Below, piece after piece: positions 1-13,358 of a stretch of 64,000 nt of DNA. The position numbers and the translations under genes were made by a program. This DNA is from Azolla caroliniana (lineage: Eukaryota > Plantae > Polypodiophyta). How positions within the stretch are numbered: position 1 is the first letter of the stretch; each line of letters starts with the position of its first letter. The notes under the pieces are model-generated. The model ran no database searches, was not told where the DNA came from, and saw only the letters and a program-made list of their open reading frames with translations. The stretch is taken from NCBI GenBank assembly GCA_043228905.1, contig JBHGNT010000021.1, positions 6,448,001-6,512,000 of the forward strand, read 5' to 3'.

Positions 1-483
1 TCGAAGATTATCATCATTCTTTCGAACTCTCCCACTTGATTGCTTGAGGATGCCATCTCCAAGTATTGGTTGATCCTCGTCTTGATCTTTCCTACCGCTT
101 CTTCACGTCGGGTTCACCAAGTAAGATGTCGAGGAAATCCTCACGTGTTCACGAAATGAAGCGGGACCATCGGGGTCCTGGACCGGAAGGATTCGATGTT
201 TTTAGCAGAGTAAGCGAGAAAGTATTGAAGATAGATAGATGGATGAAGAGAGAGAGAGAGAGATAGAGATAGAGATTGAACCCTTGACTTTAGTTTTACG
301 AGACAAGATACATCACCATTAGGATAACTCTGATCTTTGATTAAAAGTTTCTTTTTTTTTACTTACATCACTTGTCTCCCTTACACAAGCCCAACTATAG
401 GCTTTTATAGGTCTCTCCATGTAAAAACCACGGGCTAAAACCATGGTTTTGTGCTCACGGTTTCTATATGTTTGCTTCTTACA
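1..483 (-). mobile_element. 5' end of a Ty3/gypsy-type LTR element (candidate 5' LTR 127-483, tRNA-Trp PBS, gag start running off the window)
   Basis: Minus strand reads TGTAAGAAG (483) to CTCGACA (127), then TGGTGAACCCGACGTG (119-104), then ATG at 56 (MASSSNQVGEFERM). It has a TATA-like CTATAAAAG near 401-410 and shares the U5 motif GGGACCA..GGGGTC.TGGAC with the LTRs at 58517 and 63080. The outer LTR boundary is tentative. Confidence 0.7.
104..119 (-). promoter_or_regulatory. Primer binding site complementary to the tRNA-Trp 3' end
   Basis: TGGTGAACCCGACGTG on the minus strand. The identical 16-mer recurs next to LTR ends at 58497-58512 and 63060-63075. It matches the recalled plant tRNA-Trp 3' end CACGTCGGGTTCACCA. 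Confidence 0.8.
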
Positions 484-524
484 AAATACTGAATATGAAA
501 AGAAAATATACAAATTCTAAAGCA

Positions 525-597
525 CTCAGTAGTGCCTTTAGTGGTAAGTTAATTTGTTTCTTATCTTGGAGGTGCAAGGTTCAAGCCTTGCTTCCAC
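525..597 (+). pseudogene. Degenerate tRNA-like / SINE-head fragment
   Basis: A-box-like TAGTGGTAAG (539-548) and a T-arm-like hairpin GCAAGG-TTCAAG-CCTTGC (574-591) at tRNA-like spacing. No convincing acceptor or anticodon stem. Confidence 0.35.
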
Positions 598-874
598 TCT
601 TATGTATGTACTTAAATGTTACTAGTCTTTAGTCTTATTTTATGTTTACAATTGAGCGCACATCACACGTGCACATGTTTTTACTTTACATCTAGCTTTT
701 CTTTTATGATTCTCATTTCAGTCCTATTTACAACATGCTAGCATATGTGTATGTGTGTGGTCTTCTCCCCTTTCACACGTGCACATTGCACCTTCTCGAT
801 TTCGTTCGTTGCACACAATTTTCACACCGTTGCTGAAAATCTTCACGACAACGGTCAAAGGCCTGTCTGGGGGC

Positions 875-1298
875 GTGACTCTAGAAAAGCCGACAAAGAT
901 GGTACGCGATCTCCAGATCGCACAGGCCCAGAGGGATAGCAAGGGACAGCTGCGGGAGTGGAGGCCTCCGGCTGACCAACGATGTATGTGGTGTGACGTG
1001 GTCGGTCACGTCCGGAGAGAGAGCGCCGACTTTGCCGAGGCACTCAGAAGTAACGTAGTGTACCTATGGAATGGGCGGGTGCACGCATGCGAGACTCGAA
1101 AACCCCTAGAATTGAATACTGGTCAAAGCGGAATGAAGTGGTTAATAGAAGACACCGCGGCACGACACGCCGAGGCAGTCCACTACTCGGCGTCGGTTGG
1201 CATTCGGGTCGAAGATGTTGGCGGTCGGAAGGCGAAGGATTCCGGGTTCTGGCCGTTGGTGTTGGAAGGCCTTTCCGGTGTAAGGTTAAGGGAGGAAG
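875..1298 (+). mobile_element. Ty3/gypsy host element, gag portion (left of the copia insertion)
   Basis: ORF 755-1318 contains the zinc-knuckle remnant CMWCDVVGHVRRE. The frame GVRLREEA rejoins DCAERRV at 6808 once the copia and one TSD copy are removed. Confidence 0.8.
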
Positions 1299-1594
1299 CG
1301 TTCAATACGAGTGTATAATGGCCGTATTCACATTGTCCCTTTGGACAGCCCAAGTTTGGGCCATTTCTGTAAATAGCATAAAGGGCAGTTGCCCTAGGAT
1401 GGTACTATATAAAGTGACTTTGTAACCTTTAGTAAAGGTTGGTTGTCATTTGTAACTGTTGCTATTAGAATATAACGTTTCCTTTGTGCCTCTCTCTCTC
1501 TCTCCCTCTGTGTCTATCTTGCTCATGCATACACAGGCTCTTCTTCATCACGAATGTTGCTTGCACTTCCACATTGATGGCCTTGTCCCCAATA
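1299..1594 (+). repeat. 5' LTR of copia element
   Basis: Direct repeat of 6504-6802 with roughly 13 substitutions and 2 small indels by eye. Termini have drifted to CG...TA; TATATAAA near 1406-1413. Confidence 0.95.
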
Positions 1595-1596
1595 TT

Positions 1597-1608
1597 TGGT
1601 ATCAGAGC
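1597..1608 (+). promoter_or_regulatory. PBS for initiator tRNA-Met
   Basis: TGGTATCAGAGC, 2 nt after the LTR; canonical plant copia PBS. Confidence 0.95.
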
Positions 1609-2294
1609 ATTGGAGGTTCTTCAACCCGCTGTCGGCCGTCATCGTACAACACAACATTCTGTTTTCGTTTTCTTTGAAGAACAGAGAAGGGAGAAGAAAA
1701 ACAAAAAGCTCGCATCTCAATGTGTTAAATCACAAATTGGAGTAAGCCAGTCGGTTGTACTCTGATCCTGTGATTGTAACTGCTTGAGGGGAGCTCCTTG
1801 AGCAACAACCGACCCAATCGTGCTTCATTCGGTTAAACAAAATCTGAATAGGTCACCGGATGCTATTCACCCGCTTGCTATAACCACCCGCTGCAGGTTG
1901 GTCTCCTGGCAACAACCACTTCGTGCTTCACTCGGCTGATCGACATTCGGGAGGATCAGTTGGATCCGTCCCTCTCATCGTTGCAGTCATCCGAAGCAGA
2001 ATCGGCCCAAACAATCGGTTTCGTGTAATCGGTATTCGGCATACAATCGAGGATGAACCGGCCTCACTCCGACTCGGCAACATTCAGGAAGACCAGCCGG
2101 TTCTGTCCCTCAATCCGGTAATCATTCGGGAAGACCAGCCGGTTCTGTCCCGCAAGTTCAGCAACAAGTATCCGAAACCAAACCGACTCGGGTTCAAAAC
2201 CGACTAGAACGATATCGGGTGAGCCGACCGGCTGCACCCCACTAAGGCTCGTAGTCAACTCTGAACCGAGTCTTCCCAACCGAAACCGAAGCAG

Positions 2295-5200
2295 ATGGCA
2301 TCAACATCCGGCTCATCAGAGATGAGTCTAAGGAGGTTCGATGGTTCGAACTTCAACTTCTCGAAGGAACAAATGCAGGACTATCTCATAGTCAAGGGTC
2401 AGATAGACCCAATTGAGAATGAAAATCCTCCAGAAGCACCCAAGGCAAACGAGTGGCTAAAGCTGGACAGAATCGTCCACGCCACGATTCGGATGCACTT
2501 GTCGGAGTCAGTGTACTTCACAGTGCAATCATGCACGACAACGTTTGAACTTTGGAAAACATTGTCGGAAACTTATGAAAAGAAGGTTGCTGCAACGAAG
2601 ATGTATCTGATCCGGCGCCTCTACAACTTGCGGATGAAAGAATCTGATTCGGTTCAGGCACAGGTCAACGAGTACAAAAGCATAAGCTCCCAAATATCAT
2701 CTCAGGGGATGACAATCGAGGATGAACTCAGAGCAATGATACTCATGAGTAGTCTCCCCTCTTCATGGGAAACTTTCATTACAACCATGTGCAATGCTTC
2801 AACAATTGCCGTTAAGTACTCCGAAGTCACGAGCGCAATCTTGACTGAAGCAGCTCGGAGAAAGTCTTTCACCAAAGACTCGGCAGATGAAGCTTACGTA
2901 GTACAAGGTTCGACCGACTGATCGAGAAACTGGGGGAAGAAGTTCTTCTCGACCTCCGAACAATCAGCGAAGCCGGAGCAAGTCTCAGAACAACCGAATC
3001 TGCAACTACTGCAAGAAACCGGGACACATCAAAGCCGATTGCCGGGCACTCAAAGAAAAAACCGACAAAGCTCAAAGAGCGGATCAGAAGAGTAGCCGGC
3101 ATGAGGAGGTCAACTACATTGGCTCTTCAGCCGAAATTTTGACGACCGACCCGAACATATTGTCCATAGAGAACCCAGTCGAATCAGAAGTTCTGCTTAC
3201 GACTGAGGAATCGAGCACATGGCTCTTGGACTCAGGCGTATCGTATCATGTGACACATCACCGATCTCAGTTTCAGCAATACTTGAACTAGCACTCCGAC
3301 TAAGTTCGAGTCGGAAACTCGCAGCACTGTGCTATAATCGGAATCGGCACCGTAGAGCTCAACCTTCCGGGTGGCTCTACGCTCGTACTACACAACGTCT
3401 GACATGTTCCTGAGCTCTCAAGACCCCTGATCTCAGTCAAACAGCTTGACGAAGCCGGCATCTGTGCCGGATTCTCATAAGGAGGGTGGACATTCCACAA
3501 AGGGAACCTCCTGCTTGCTCTAGGACCAAAGGTACATTCCTTGTATCCTTTATATGTCACACTCAAAGAGGGTGACTTATTTTTGGTAGATATCCCCGTG
3601 TCATCGTTATGACATGGGCGACTTGGACACCTCAGCAAGGCCGGCATAACGCACCTATCCAGAGCCGGTTACATCTCCGATCACCAATTCTGCGAGCATT
3701 ACAAATACGGCAAACAGGTAGCCACATCAAATCCGACATCAGCACCAAGAGAATCGAGTCCCCTCGATTTGGTCCACTCGGACATCTGTGGCCCGATGCC
3801 ACATCAGTCTCTCGGCGGTGCTTCGTACTTTGTCAGTTTTATTGAGAACTCGACTCAGAAGGCTTGGGCTTACCCCATTAGAACCAAAGATCGCGTGTTC
3901 TCGATCTTCTCCGAATGGCTTGCAATGGTCGAAAATCAGACCGGTCGGAAACTGAAATGTCTCTGAACCGACAATGGAGGAGAATTCAAGTCTGAAGAAT
4001 TCGTCAAATTCTGCCGGGAACGTAGCATTCAACGTGAATATATGGCACCCTATAGTTCGGAGTAGAATGGAATTGTTGAACGCATGAATCGGACGATTCA
4101 AGAACGCGTAGTATCCATGCTCCAACACTCCGGACTGTCGGATGGCTTTTGGGCGGAGGCTCTACTTACGGTAGTACACATCATAAATATGTCGCCAAGT
4201 AGACCTCTAGGACTTCAAATACCTCAGGAAATATGGACCGGCAGTAAGCTGAATTATGACAAACTGAGGATCTTCGGTTGTGAGGCATACGCCCTCATAC
4301 CGAAAGACAATTGTCGGAAACTCGAACCAAGATCAAGGAAATGTGTTTTGCTTGGATATGGACCCAACGGCGAGATCGGATACCGACTCTGGGACCCCGA
4401 GCACAGACAAATCGTCCGAAGTTCGGATGTCGTGTTCAACGAGTCGACTATGCATAAAATGGCCGAAAGGCATATTGAAGTCCGAAGGGTAATATTTTCC
4501 GAAGTGCCAACCCTTCATGACGGCCCATCCCACAACACGAGATCGGTTTCACGGGTAATCGATAACTCTCGCACCAAATCCACCGATTCGGCACAACCGA
4601 ATGGCTCGGCTCCCGACCATCCGACATTGACACCCAATGCGACTAGTCCAGTCATACCTCGCAGATCTGAGAGGCGGTCGCAACCTCCGGAGAGGTATTC
4701 TCCGAGAATCTTCTTCACCGAGGCCGGCGAACTGACATCTTACGAAGAAGCATTGGCATCCGCCAACTCAGCCACCTGGCATCTAGCGATGGAATCAGAA
4801 ATGCACTCCATTCGGGCAAACAAGACTTGGGACTTGGTCGAATTACCGAAGAATCGACGTGCTCTTCCGTATAAGTGGGTCTATCGACTAAAAGAGACAT
4901 CTGACTCGACCACCCCAAAGTATAAGGCCAGATTAGTTGCGAAGGGATTTCAACAAGAATATGGCGTCGACTTCGACGAAATCTTTTCACCAGTGGTGAA
5001 AATGACAACCCTTCGTTTCATGCTCAGCGTCGTGGCCGCCGACAACTTGGAGCTGATTCAGCTAGATGTAAAAACGGCATTCCTCCATGGTGACCTACAA
5101 GAGGAAATCTATATGGAGCAGTCGAAAGGCTTTGTGGCATCCGGCCAGGAACATCTAGTCTACCGACTCAAGAAGAGTCTCTACGGCCTGAAACAGGCAC

Positions 5201-6304
5201 CCCGACAGTGGTACGAGAAGTTTGATGACTTCATCCAATCGGTCGGCTTCTCAAACATCAATGAGGACCACTGTCTCTTCATGAAAATAGCTCAAGACGG
5301 GTCTCCCGTCTTCCTCATCATCTACGTGGACGACATGCTACTCTCCGGTCGGCATGCCGGAGAGCTCACCGAACTCGTTCGGAAACTGCGATTGAAGTTT
5401 GCCATGAAGGACCTCGGTCCGGCAAGACACATACATGGTATGAAGATTAGTCGGCATTGCGATAAACGACAACTTTTCTTGTCTCAAACCGACTACATCA
5501 GACATGTCTTGGAACGCTTCAACATGCACTCGGCCAAGTCTGCTTCGACCCTGCTCCCCATTAACCTTCGGTTGTCTCAGCAAGACTGCCCGACATCCGG
5601 TCCGGAGGGGGAAGATATGAAGTCGGTACCGTATGCACCAGCAGTCGGCTCCCTTATGTACGTGATGGTCGCAACACGGCCTGATATTTTTCACACCGTA
5701 GGAGTCGTCAGTAGATTCATGCACAACCCCGGCCGATTGCACTGGAACACAGTCAAGCATGTGTTCAAATATCTAGCTGGCACAAAAGACCACGACATTC
5801 TCTTTGGCCCGAACTCAACCTCAGGCGTAGTCGGTTACACCGTCTCGGACTTCACCGGCTATGTGGACAATCGGAAATCAACAACTAGATACTATTTCAA
5901 ATTTGGCAATGGAGCAATCTTGCGGAAGTCGAAACTTCAGGAGTGCACAGCCACCTCAACGACCGAAGTGGAATATGTAGCTGCGTCCGATGCAGCAAAA
6001 GAAGCCTTATGGCTCGGTCGGCTGGTGCACACATTTCGACAGGTCGACTCCGACTCGGCTCCAGTTGTTTACAACGACAGTCAGGGAGTTGTGCTTTGCC
6101 AAAAACCCGGTTCACCACAATGCCTCCAAGCATATCGACGTTCGATATCACTTCGTTCGGGACTGCGTCATTTCAGGGAAAATCGGTCTAGAGAAGATAT
6201 CCACAACCAATAATGTCGCAGATGGAATGACCAAGTGTCTTTCGGCGGATCGTTTCCGGTCCCTTCGGCACCAGATGGGTGTAACGATAAATCGGTCCGA
6301 TTAA
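2295..6304 (+). pseudogene. copia gag-pol polyprotein with in-frame stops and frameshifts
   Basis: gag (RRFDGSNFNF..QMQDYL), CCHC knuckle (CNYCKKPGHIKADC, ~3001), protease WLLDSG (~3219), integrase VHSDICGP (3769), RT YKARLVAKGF / YVDDML, RNase H KHIDVRYHFVRD. Confidence 0.95.
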
Positions 6305-6503
6305 AGTTGGACACACAGCACAGGATGGTTTCGGACCACCGACATCGGTTCTCTGAGGATCGGCTTCAGCTCTTCCAACTCGACCGGTTCAGTCCTCTGT
6401 CTTCGGATCTTGCCGACTCTGACAAAACCGATATGTCCGATAAACCTTGTATATATACCTGTAATTCTTCAGATAACCCATGTATACGCCCATTACGAGG
6501 GAG

Positions 6504-6802
6504 TGTTGAATACGAGTGTATAATGGCTGTATTCACATTGTCCCTTTGGAAAACCCAAGTTTGGGCCATTTCAGTAAATAGCATAAAGGGCAGTTGCCCT
6601 AGGATAGTCACTATATAAAGTGACTTTGTAACCTTTAGTAAAGGTTGGTTGTCATTTGTATTTGTTGCTATTAGAATATAACGTTTCCTTTGTGCCTCTC
6701 TCTCTCCCTCTCCCTCTGTGTCTATCTTGCTCATGCATACACAGGTTCTTCTTCATCACGAATGTTGCTTGCACTTCCGCATTGACGGCCTTGTCCCCAA
6801 CA
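6504..6802 (+). repeat. 3' LTR of copia element
   Basis: TGTTGAATAC...CCCCAACA, canonical TG...CA, followed by TSD GGAAG. Confidence 0.95.
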
Positions 6803-9587
6803 GGAAGCAGACTGTGCGGAAAGGCGAGTCTGAGAGCTCACCGGCTGGGATGATCCGAATGAAGAGAAGATTGGTTTCGTAGAGGCTACGTGCCAGAACT
6901 ATGAGGTTATGGTGGAGGATAAGCGAGCGGGGAAAGGCGGAGGAGCCGGAACCACCAACCGGTACGAGACCCGAGGCGCTCCGAAGAAGAACGATCCTGG
7001 GGTTTCTGGCTTGCAAGAAAGGTAGAAGCCGGCTGAGTTTGGAAATAGAAAGGGCGACAAACTTGTGGAAATTCCTTGAAGAGAGAATCCTCGATAGTAG
7101 GGTAGAGTTGTCTCTTAGAGAAGTGTTAGGAATCGCCAAGAAGGAGTTCCACGACTTCATTGTGGACTTGGTGCAGCGTAAGAGGCTCGCGACGGAGCCG
7201 GAGCTGGAGCCGAAGAGGCCCGTGGAGGTAAGGACGGTGCACCTAGATGACGCGGTCGTGGAGGACGGGTTGGCGGAGAGCCACTATATGAGGTTGCACT
7301 AGGCAAGAGCAACTGCGGAGACCCCTGTTCAAATCGGGGATGTCCAAGAACCAATGGTGGATCTGATCGACCACAGATCTGAGATCAACTTGATGTCTCT
7401 AGAATTCTACAAGAAGGGGAAGTGGCCGATCAACACCAAGCACGGGTGGAAGATATGCATGGCTACGCACGCCACGTAGGAGCTACACGGGGCGTGCCCA
7501 AATGTCAGGGTGAAGATCGGGGACGTTGAGATAGATCAGCATTTCTTCGTGGAGGAGATGTCCTAGCATCTGGTGATTCTCGGAGAACCTGACATCACAA
7601 CGGCCCGCATGGAGACTAAAGTGTTAGTCAACAGTCCGCGTACACGCGAGTGAAGAGCCAGGACGGACGACATTCCGTCCAATTTCGGATGGTGCGACCG
7701 AACCACGAGCGTAACCGCGAGTCTCTCGGCAGCGATGGCCGAGAGGATTTTTTGAGAGGGCTATCAAGGCGTGGGGTTGCGATAGTTCGGACACCCCGAA
7801 GGAACCCCACACCTGTACTATAGGTAGGAAATTTTGGTTCTCCGACAAGGGAGGTTGTACCATAATCAACATCAACATCCGGGAGAAGAAACAAGCTGAA
7901 AGGCGCTTGAGAGCATGCGGAACTCTCAACGCCGATGACAAGATTCGTGGCGCTGTAGAGGCGGTCTCATTCAACGACATCCCTGGAGAAATCGCAAGGA
8001 CAACCAAAGAGGGTCTAAGCGAAGATCGGGAAATTCCGGTCAATTCGGTAGAGATGTAGGAAAAAATCGCGAACTTCGAGAGGGAAATCAAGGCGCATCG
8101 GACTGCCCACGTGGACACAAAGTACAAGACTGTGGACCAGAAGGTGAAGCTAGTCGTAGCTCCCTTGGCAGAGGGAAGCTGAGAACGAATAAAGGGGGTC
8201 ATTATCGACCCAAGCTTGTGAGATCCGGCCGTCATAGGACACCGGTTCACCGACAAGACGCTACGAGAGCTGAAGATCAGTGGGGGTGGTTTCCTACTAC
8301 CGGCGGAAGAGGACCAGTTCAGGAGGATGCTCGAGAGGCACGGGAAAGCCTTCGCATTCTCGACGGGAGAGATCGGGTGCATCGAACCAACCATTGTCGA
8401 ACCGATGGTAATCTTCACGTTACCGCACGTGTCATGGAGTCTCAAGCCGATTCCAGTACCGAAAGCTCACATCCCGAAGTTGATGGGGCTATTGAAGCAA
8501 AAGGTTGAGATGGGTATCCTCAAGCCGTCAAGTGCCCCGTATTCGAATCGGTGGTTCATGGTGCCGAAGAAGAACGGCACGTTGCGCTTCATTCAGGACC
8601 TGCAACGGGTCAATAAGGTGACCATTCGAAATGGAGGAATCGGGCCAACTATAGATGAGTTCGCGGAGGCCTTTGCCGAAAGGTCGATCTACTCGGTTGA
8701 CGACTTATACTCGGGATACGACCAGTTCCAACTAGTCGTGGAGAGTAGGGATATCATGATGATGCAGACCCCTCTCGGCTTAGTTCGGATGTGTACCCTG
8801 CCGCAATGAGGGACCAACTCGGTGGCGCATATGGTGAACACAATGAACAAAGTGTTGAGGGACTGTATCTCGGACATCACCATGTCGTTCTTGGACGACA
8901 TCCCGATCAAGGGATGTCTGATGGAAGCTAAGGATGAATCGGTCGAACCGGACGGATGCCGGAGGTTTGTCGTGGATCACATCTCTGACTGCAAGAAGAT
9001 ACTGCAGAGGCTTAGGGTGCTCGACTTATCTTCTTCGGGGAGAAGTCAACTTTTGGGTAATCCGAAATCTTGGTAGTGGGCACTTGTGCGGACAGTACGG
9101 CCGGAAACTATCTCCGACGAAGGTAGAAGCCATGTCCACGATGAAGGAAGAATGCAAGTCGATCATAGAGGTCTGGAGATTCCTAGGAGCATGCGCCTTT
9201 TACCTCATTTGGATTCCGCATTACGTGCACGTCGCGGAACCGCTCTACGGGCTGCTAAAGAAGGGTCATACGTTTGAATGGAAAGAAGAGCACGTGGAAT
9301 CAATGTGGAGGCTGAAGGGGGCGATGGTTGTGGCGTCAGCTCTCCGGAAGGCGGTCTATGGGAGGGGCACCCCGATTTACATGACGATGGACACGAGTCC
9401 AACCGGAATCAGATGGGTGATCAATCAGGAAGACGAGGACGGCACGAGGTTCCCCATCCGATTTGGAGCAAAGGTGTTGAGTGAGCGGCAACGGGGATAC
9501 GCCCAAGTGAAGTGCGAGCTCTGGGGCATCATTTCAGCGGTCAAGGCTGATAAGGATTACTTGATCGGGGCAGAGGTAGTCAAATGA
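6803..9587 (+). mobile_element. Ty3/gypsy host element, remaining gag-protease-RT-RNase H (pseudogenised)
   Basis: Protease-like LIDHRSEINLMS (~7363); RT motifs PYSNRWFMVPKKNGTLRFIQDLQ, DLYSGYDQF, LVRMCTLPQ, FLDDIPIKG; RNase H MDTSPTG...YAQVKCELWG. This RT type resembles gypsy lineages of non-seed plants (Phygy/Selgy-like; tentative). Confidence 0.9.
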
Positions 9588-9589
9588 TT

Positions 9590-10490
9590 AAGAAGGGGAG
9601 TAGACAACATTAGCCATGAGCACAATCAGAGGAGGTGCGTTGTCTGAAGAGAAGGAGTTCTTGCAAACAGAATACAATAAGGAGTTCAAAGAGATTAGGA
9701 AATATTCAAGAGAACCATGGAAGGATATAACTTGGACAATGAAGGACTTCATGAACTTTAGAAAGAAGGCTCACAAATTCTTCATACTACAAGGGTACTT
9801 GTGAAAACACCCAAAGTTCAAGTCATGGAATCCACATCGAGTTATCTATAACCAAGAGCAACAACAACAAACATTAAAAGGAATACATGATAGAGAATGG
9901 GTTGAACATCGAGGAATTGGATGTCATTCATTAAAGAAAAAGAAAGATACTAGTGGATCAGGTTTTGCAATGACAATCTTATTTGTACATTATATGTAGA
10001 TGTTGGATCTATTGGTTACACTAACGGGGTTTGGACAAGAGAAGTACTTAATGCTAGCAAGGGGAAGGGTAGAAAACTAACATTGAAGACCACATCAATA
10101 CTATGCTCATTTAGTTAAGAAGAAATAGCTTGTCGATATGGATTTGTGGGGAAATTATTGACCAATAGAGGAGAACTCAACTCCAATAGCTCAAAAGTTC
10201 TTCAAGAAATTTAGTGTTTGTTTGTCACTGATAATAACATATAATCCAAAGGTCAATGAAAAGATAGACCAATATTTAAAGTTTTAGCAAAAACTTGTAA
10301 AGATTCCACACTTTTCCTTATGGGCCAACAAAAAAACAAAGTTCTGTAACAGTATATGTCAGTAGAGTTGATGATATGACAAAAGCCGATAATACAAATA
10401 TAGGAGAAGATCATCACATGGGAATTAATTCCTTGAGAGCAAAAAATGAGCGAAAAAGACTTGCTTGCAATTTGGAACCAATAATTTGAA
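9590..10490 (+). mobile_element. Heavily decayed AT-rich gypsy integrase-region remnant
   Basis: FRKKAHKFFILQGYL precedes fragments resembling integrase motifs (CRYGFVGKLLTNRGE ~10130; TYNPKVN ~10237). Composition is much more AT-rich than 6803-9587. Confidence 0.55.
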
Positions 10491-10587
10491 TCAAAGATTA
10501 TTTACTACCTTAATGAGTTAGATAGAATTGAGATATCGATTTTCTATGTAAAGGGAGGTCGCTAAACTAAAGCTGGGGGAATACATA

Positions 10588-11601
10588 TGTTGAAACCTAA
10601 AGATTAGGATGATGATAAAGACACAAATTTAGAGGGGGTTGCTAAAATTAGTGGAATTTCCGCATGAACACTAGGTTGTGTGATAAGGGGCTCATAAAAG
10701 TAAATAACATGTGAATCGAAGGTTTAGAGACTAAATTGTGGCCTCTTAAATATTTGGGCCATAGTTGTAAAATCAAGAAAGGATTGGTCTAAAGCAAGAA
10801 AGATTATTTTCATAAATATGAATTAATATAAGTCCTATATATTTGAATATTTGGAAATCTAGGGAAGGATTAAACTAAAAATTGAACATTATCCATTTTT
10901 ATGATTTAATAAAGAAAATTTTAGAGAAGCCTAGAGGCATCTTAACCACCTGAATGAGGGTGGTGAGTGGCCTATAAAAACTACTTGGGGGAGGAGTGGA
11001 AAAGTGGGGAAAAGGAAGAAAATAATCAACCAATAACGGAGTGAAGTGAAGGAGGCAATAACATTAGGGAAAGAGTCTCGAGTTAGGAGGAGGAAGAAGA
11101 AGAATATATAACTAATGGAAGGAGTTTTATTTTGGGAAAAAAGAAGAAGAAGAATAGAGAAGAAAAAGGAAAAAAGATATCATCAAGATTCAAAGAAAGT
11201 ATGAGGGATAAAAGAAAGAACAACATTTGATAAGAGAATGAAGGTGATAAAAACAAAGAGGGATTATAACTTATAACAAGAGCTTTTGCTCAGTTAGTAA
11301 CAATCGAGAGTTCAAATCTCCTACCCTACACACATATGAGATGTGTAAGTTAACCTATTGTACATTCTCTAGATGATTAAAGGTTTATCATTTAAGTGGT
11401 GTGAATTGATATAATCAGGTAATAGATGATTAAAGGTTTATCATTTAAGTGGTGTAAATTGATATAATCAAGTAACAGACGTGTTAAGTTTACTTCATCC
11501 TCATTGACATCTATTTCACATTATCCCATGCTTTTTCTCTAACCATCTCATTTACTCATACAATCTCACCTTGAGTAAAATCTCGACGAGTCAACGCGAC
11601 A
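10588..11601 (+). repeat. Candidate old gypsy 3' LTR
   Basis: Purine tract AAAGCTGGGGGAA just upstream, TGTTGAAA start, CCTATAAAAA at ~10971. It ends in CAACGCGACA, the same terminus as the LTRs at 58517 and 63080. No partner LTR is present in the window. Confidence 0.4.
11371..11478. repeat. 53-bp tandem duplication (2 copies)
   Basis: AGATGATTAAAGGTTTATCATTTAAGTGGTGT.AATTGATATAATCA.GTAA at 11371 and 11424. Confidence 0.9.
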
Positions 11602-12206
11602 ACCGCAACAATAGAAAAACAAAGGATACGTCATACAACACTCTTCTCTAATTTAGATTAGTATATATAGAGCGAGAATGTGTGTGTGTGTTATTACTCA
11701 TAATGCTATTTCAGTATATATACGAGTGTGGGAAACCAAGTTGATATATATATATATATATGAAATTAGTAATAACACACACACACTCTCTCTCTCTCTC
11801 TCTCTCGAGGAAGCAGAAATGCAAAGAACAACCAAACGCCCTTGGATGTCGAGCTTCAAAGCAACTCGACGTGGAGTAGAAACAATTAAGAAGATAAGGG
11901 AACGTGAGCTACGCTGCCTAGCAGCTATGGTTGCGGTATCTTTTACATTAGGACCACGGTCCACCTCCACATCGAAACCCTTTGACCCCCCGCTTCTTTT
12001 CGAGAGACTTGGATAGACATGAAACTAGGCCTAGTATAGAGTCATTTCCTTATAGAACATGTTTTTTTTTTGCTAGAACTCTTTAACTTAAGTTCTATTT
12101 ATTTATTTATTTATTACTTTCGGTGAATGAGTAAATACCCCATTTTTATTGTAAACCAATTGTCTCATGGGCCAATTTTGGTCTTAGAAGACGTTAATAT
12201 ATCTTT

Positions 12207-12402
12207 ATTTCTCTCTCTCTCTCTCTCTTTTCCAAACAAAAACTCCTTCCATTAGTTATAAAATTCTTTCTTTCTTTCTCTCTATATATATACATATACA
12301 TACATACATACATCCATACATCCATACATCCATACATCCATACATCCATACATACATACATACATATATATGATATATACATGTATGTGTATGTATATGT
12401 AT
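12207..12402. repeat. Compound microsatellite (CT)n, (TA)n, (CATA/CATC)n
   Basis: Directly visible simple repeats upstream of the glycosyltransferase gene. Further (CA)n and (CT)n tracts lie at 12987-13016 and 13180-13258. Confidence 0.9.
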
Positions 12403-12982
12403 ATCAATGTATCATCATTACCTCACCATTGGCTTCCGTTTTGTGTCTTACAACCAAATAATGAGCCATAAGTACCATACGTGCATTCACATTCGCGAAT
12501 GATTCAATCATCCGAGTATGGTAAACACCCTAGAAGAATGGTAAATACCATACTTTTGGATTAACTATTTATTATGAGGTAAATAAACATTAAAAAAAAC
12601 AATAAAAACCATAAAAAAAGGAAAGAAACAAAAAAAAAACATAAAAATGTTTGAATAACATTCGCATTCATTTTCCACAGTAGGAAAACGAATGTTATGC
12701 TAGACGAACACGAATTTTACGTACTATGCAGTTACAAAAATGAAACAATGAAAACCAAATGAGCCATCATACGAATAATGAGATCCATTTATTGCGACAT
12801 CTCCCGCACCCGCCTACCTAGGTCGGGTCGGGTCCAAATTCACTGAAGGAGGGGGGGAGGGTTGTGGGAGTCATGAGATGGCACCACACAACCCATGTGC
12901 GACCCACCAACCCACACCATCTTACCGCGCATTCTCCATAAACTCGAATCGAAGAGGCTTCTCTTTGTGACACACATACACA

Positions 12983-13020
<38 letters not shown>

Positions 13021-13358
13021 CATACATATATATACACATAGGGAATGTTGGTGACATTATATATGTGATCAAAAACTCTAGGTGATACATGAAACGACCA
13101 AAAAGATTGTGACATCCTTCACTCTAATGAATTAAATAAACTACTTTCGGGGGGGTTAAACGGATGGTCGGTCACATCAAACACACACACACACACACAC
13201 CCTCCAACGTCTCGACTCTCAACCAGAAGATACTCTCTCTCTCTCTCTCTCTCTCTCTAGCTATCCTCTCCTACGTTTTCTGATAATGGATGGGACTGAC
13301 TGACTGCCTGTCTGTCTGTCTGTCTGTTGGCGCCTTCCGTTCCTCAAGCTCCATCGCC

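Larger units (their letters stand above)
1299..6802 (+). mobile_element. Full-length Ty1/copia LTR retrotransposon (Tnt1/Tork-like), decayed
   Basis: LTRs at 1299-1594 and 6504-6802; TSD GGAAG at 1294-1298 and 6803-6807; PBS TGGTATCAGAGC at 1597-1608; short PPT GAGGGAG at 6497-6503; gag-PR-INT-RT-RH domain order. Confidence 0.97.

Noticed and set aside
1299-1594. Non-canonical CG...TA LTR termini
   Set aside because: The 3' LTR has canonical TG...CA, so these are post-insertion point mutations.
7624-8445. 273-aa minus-strand ORF
   Set aside because: Antisense shadow of gypsy pol; no independent motifs.
12450-12770. Possible MITE with weak inverted ends and flanking ACCAAA(TAA)TGAGCCAT repeats
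   Set aside because: The inverted repeat is too degenerate to support by eye.
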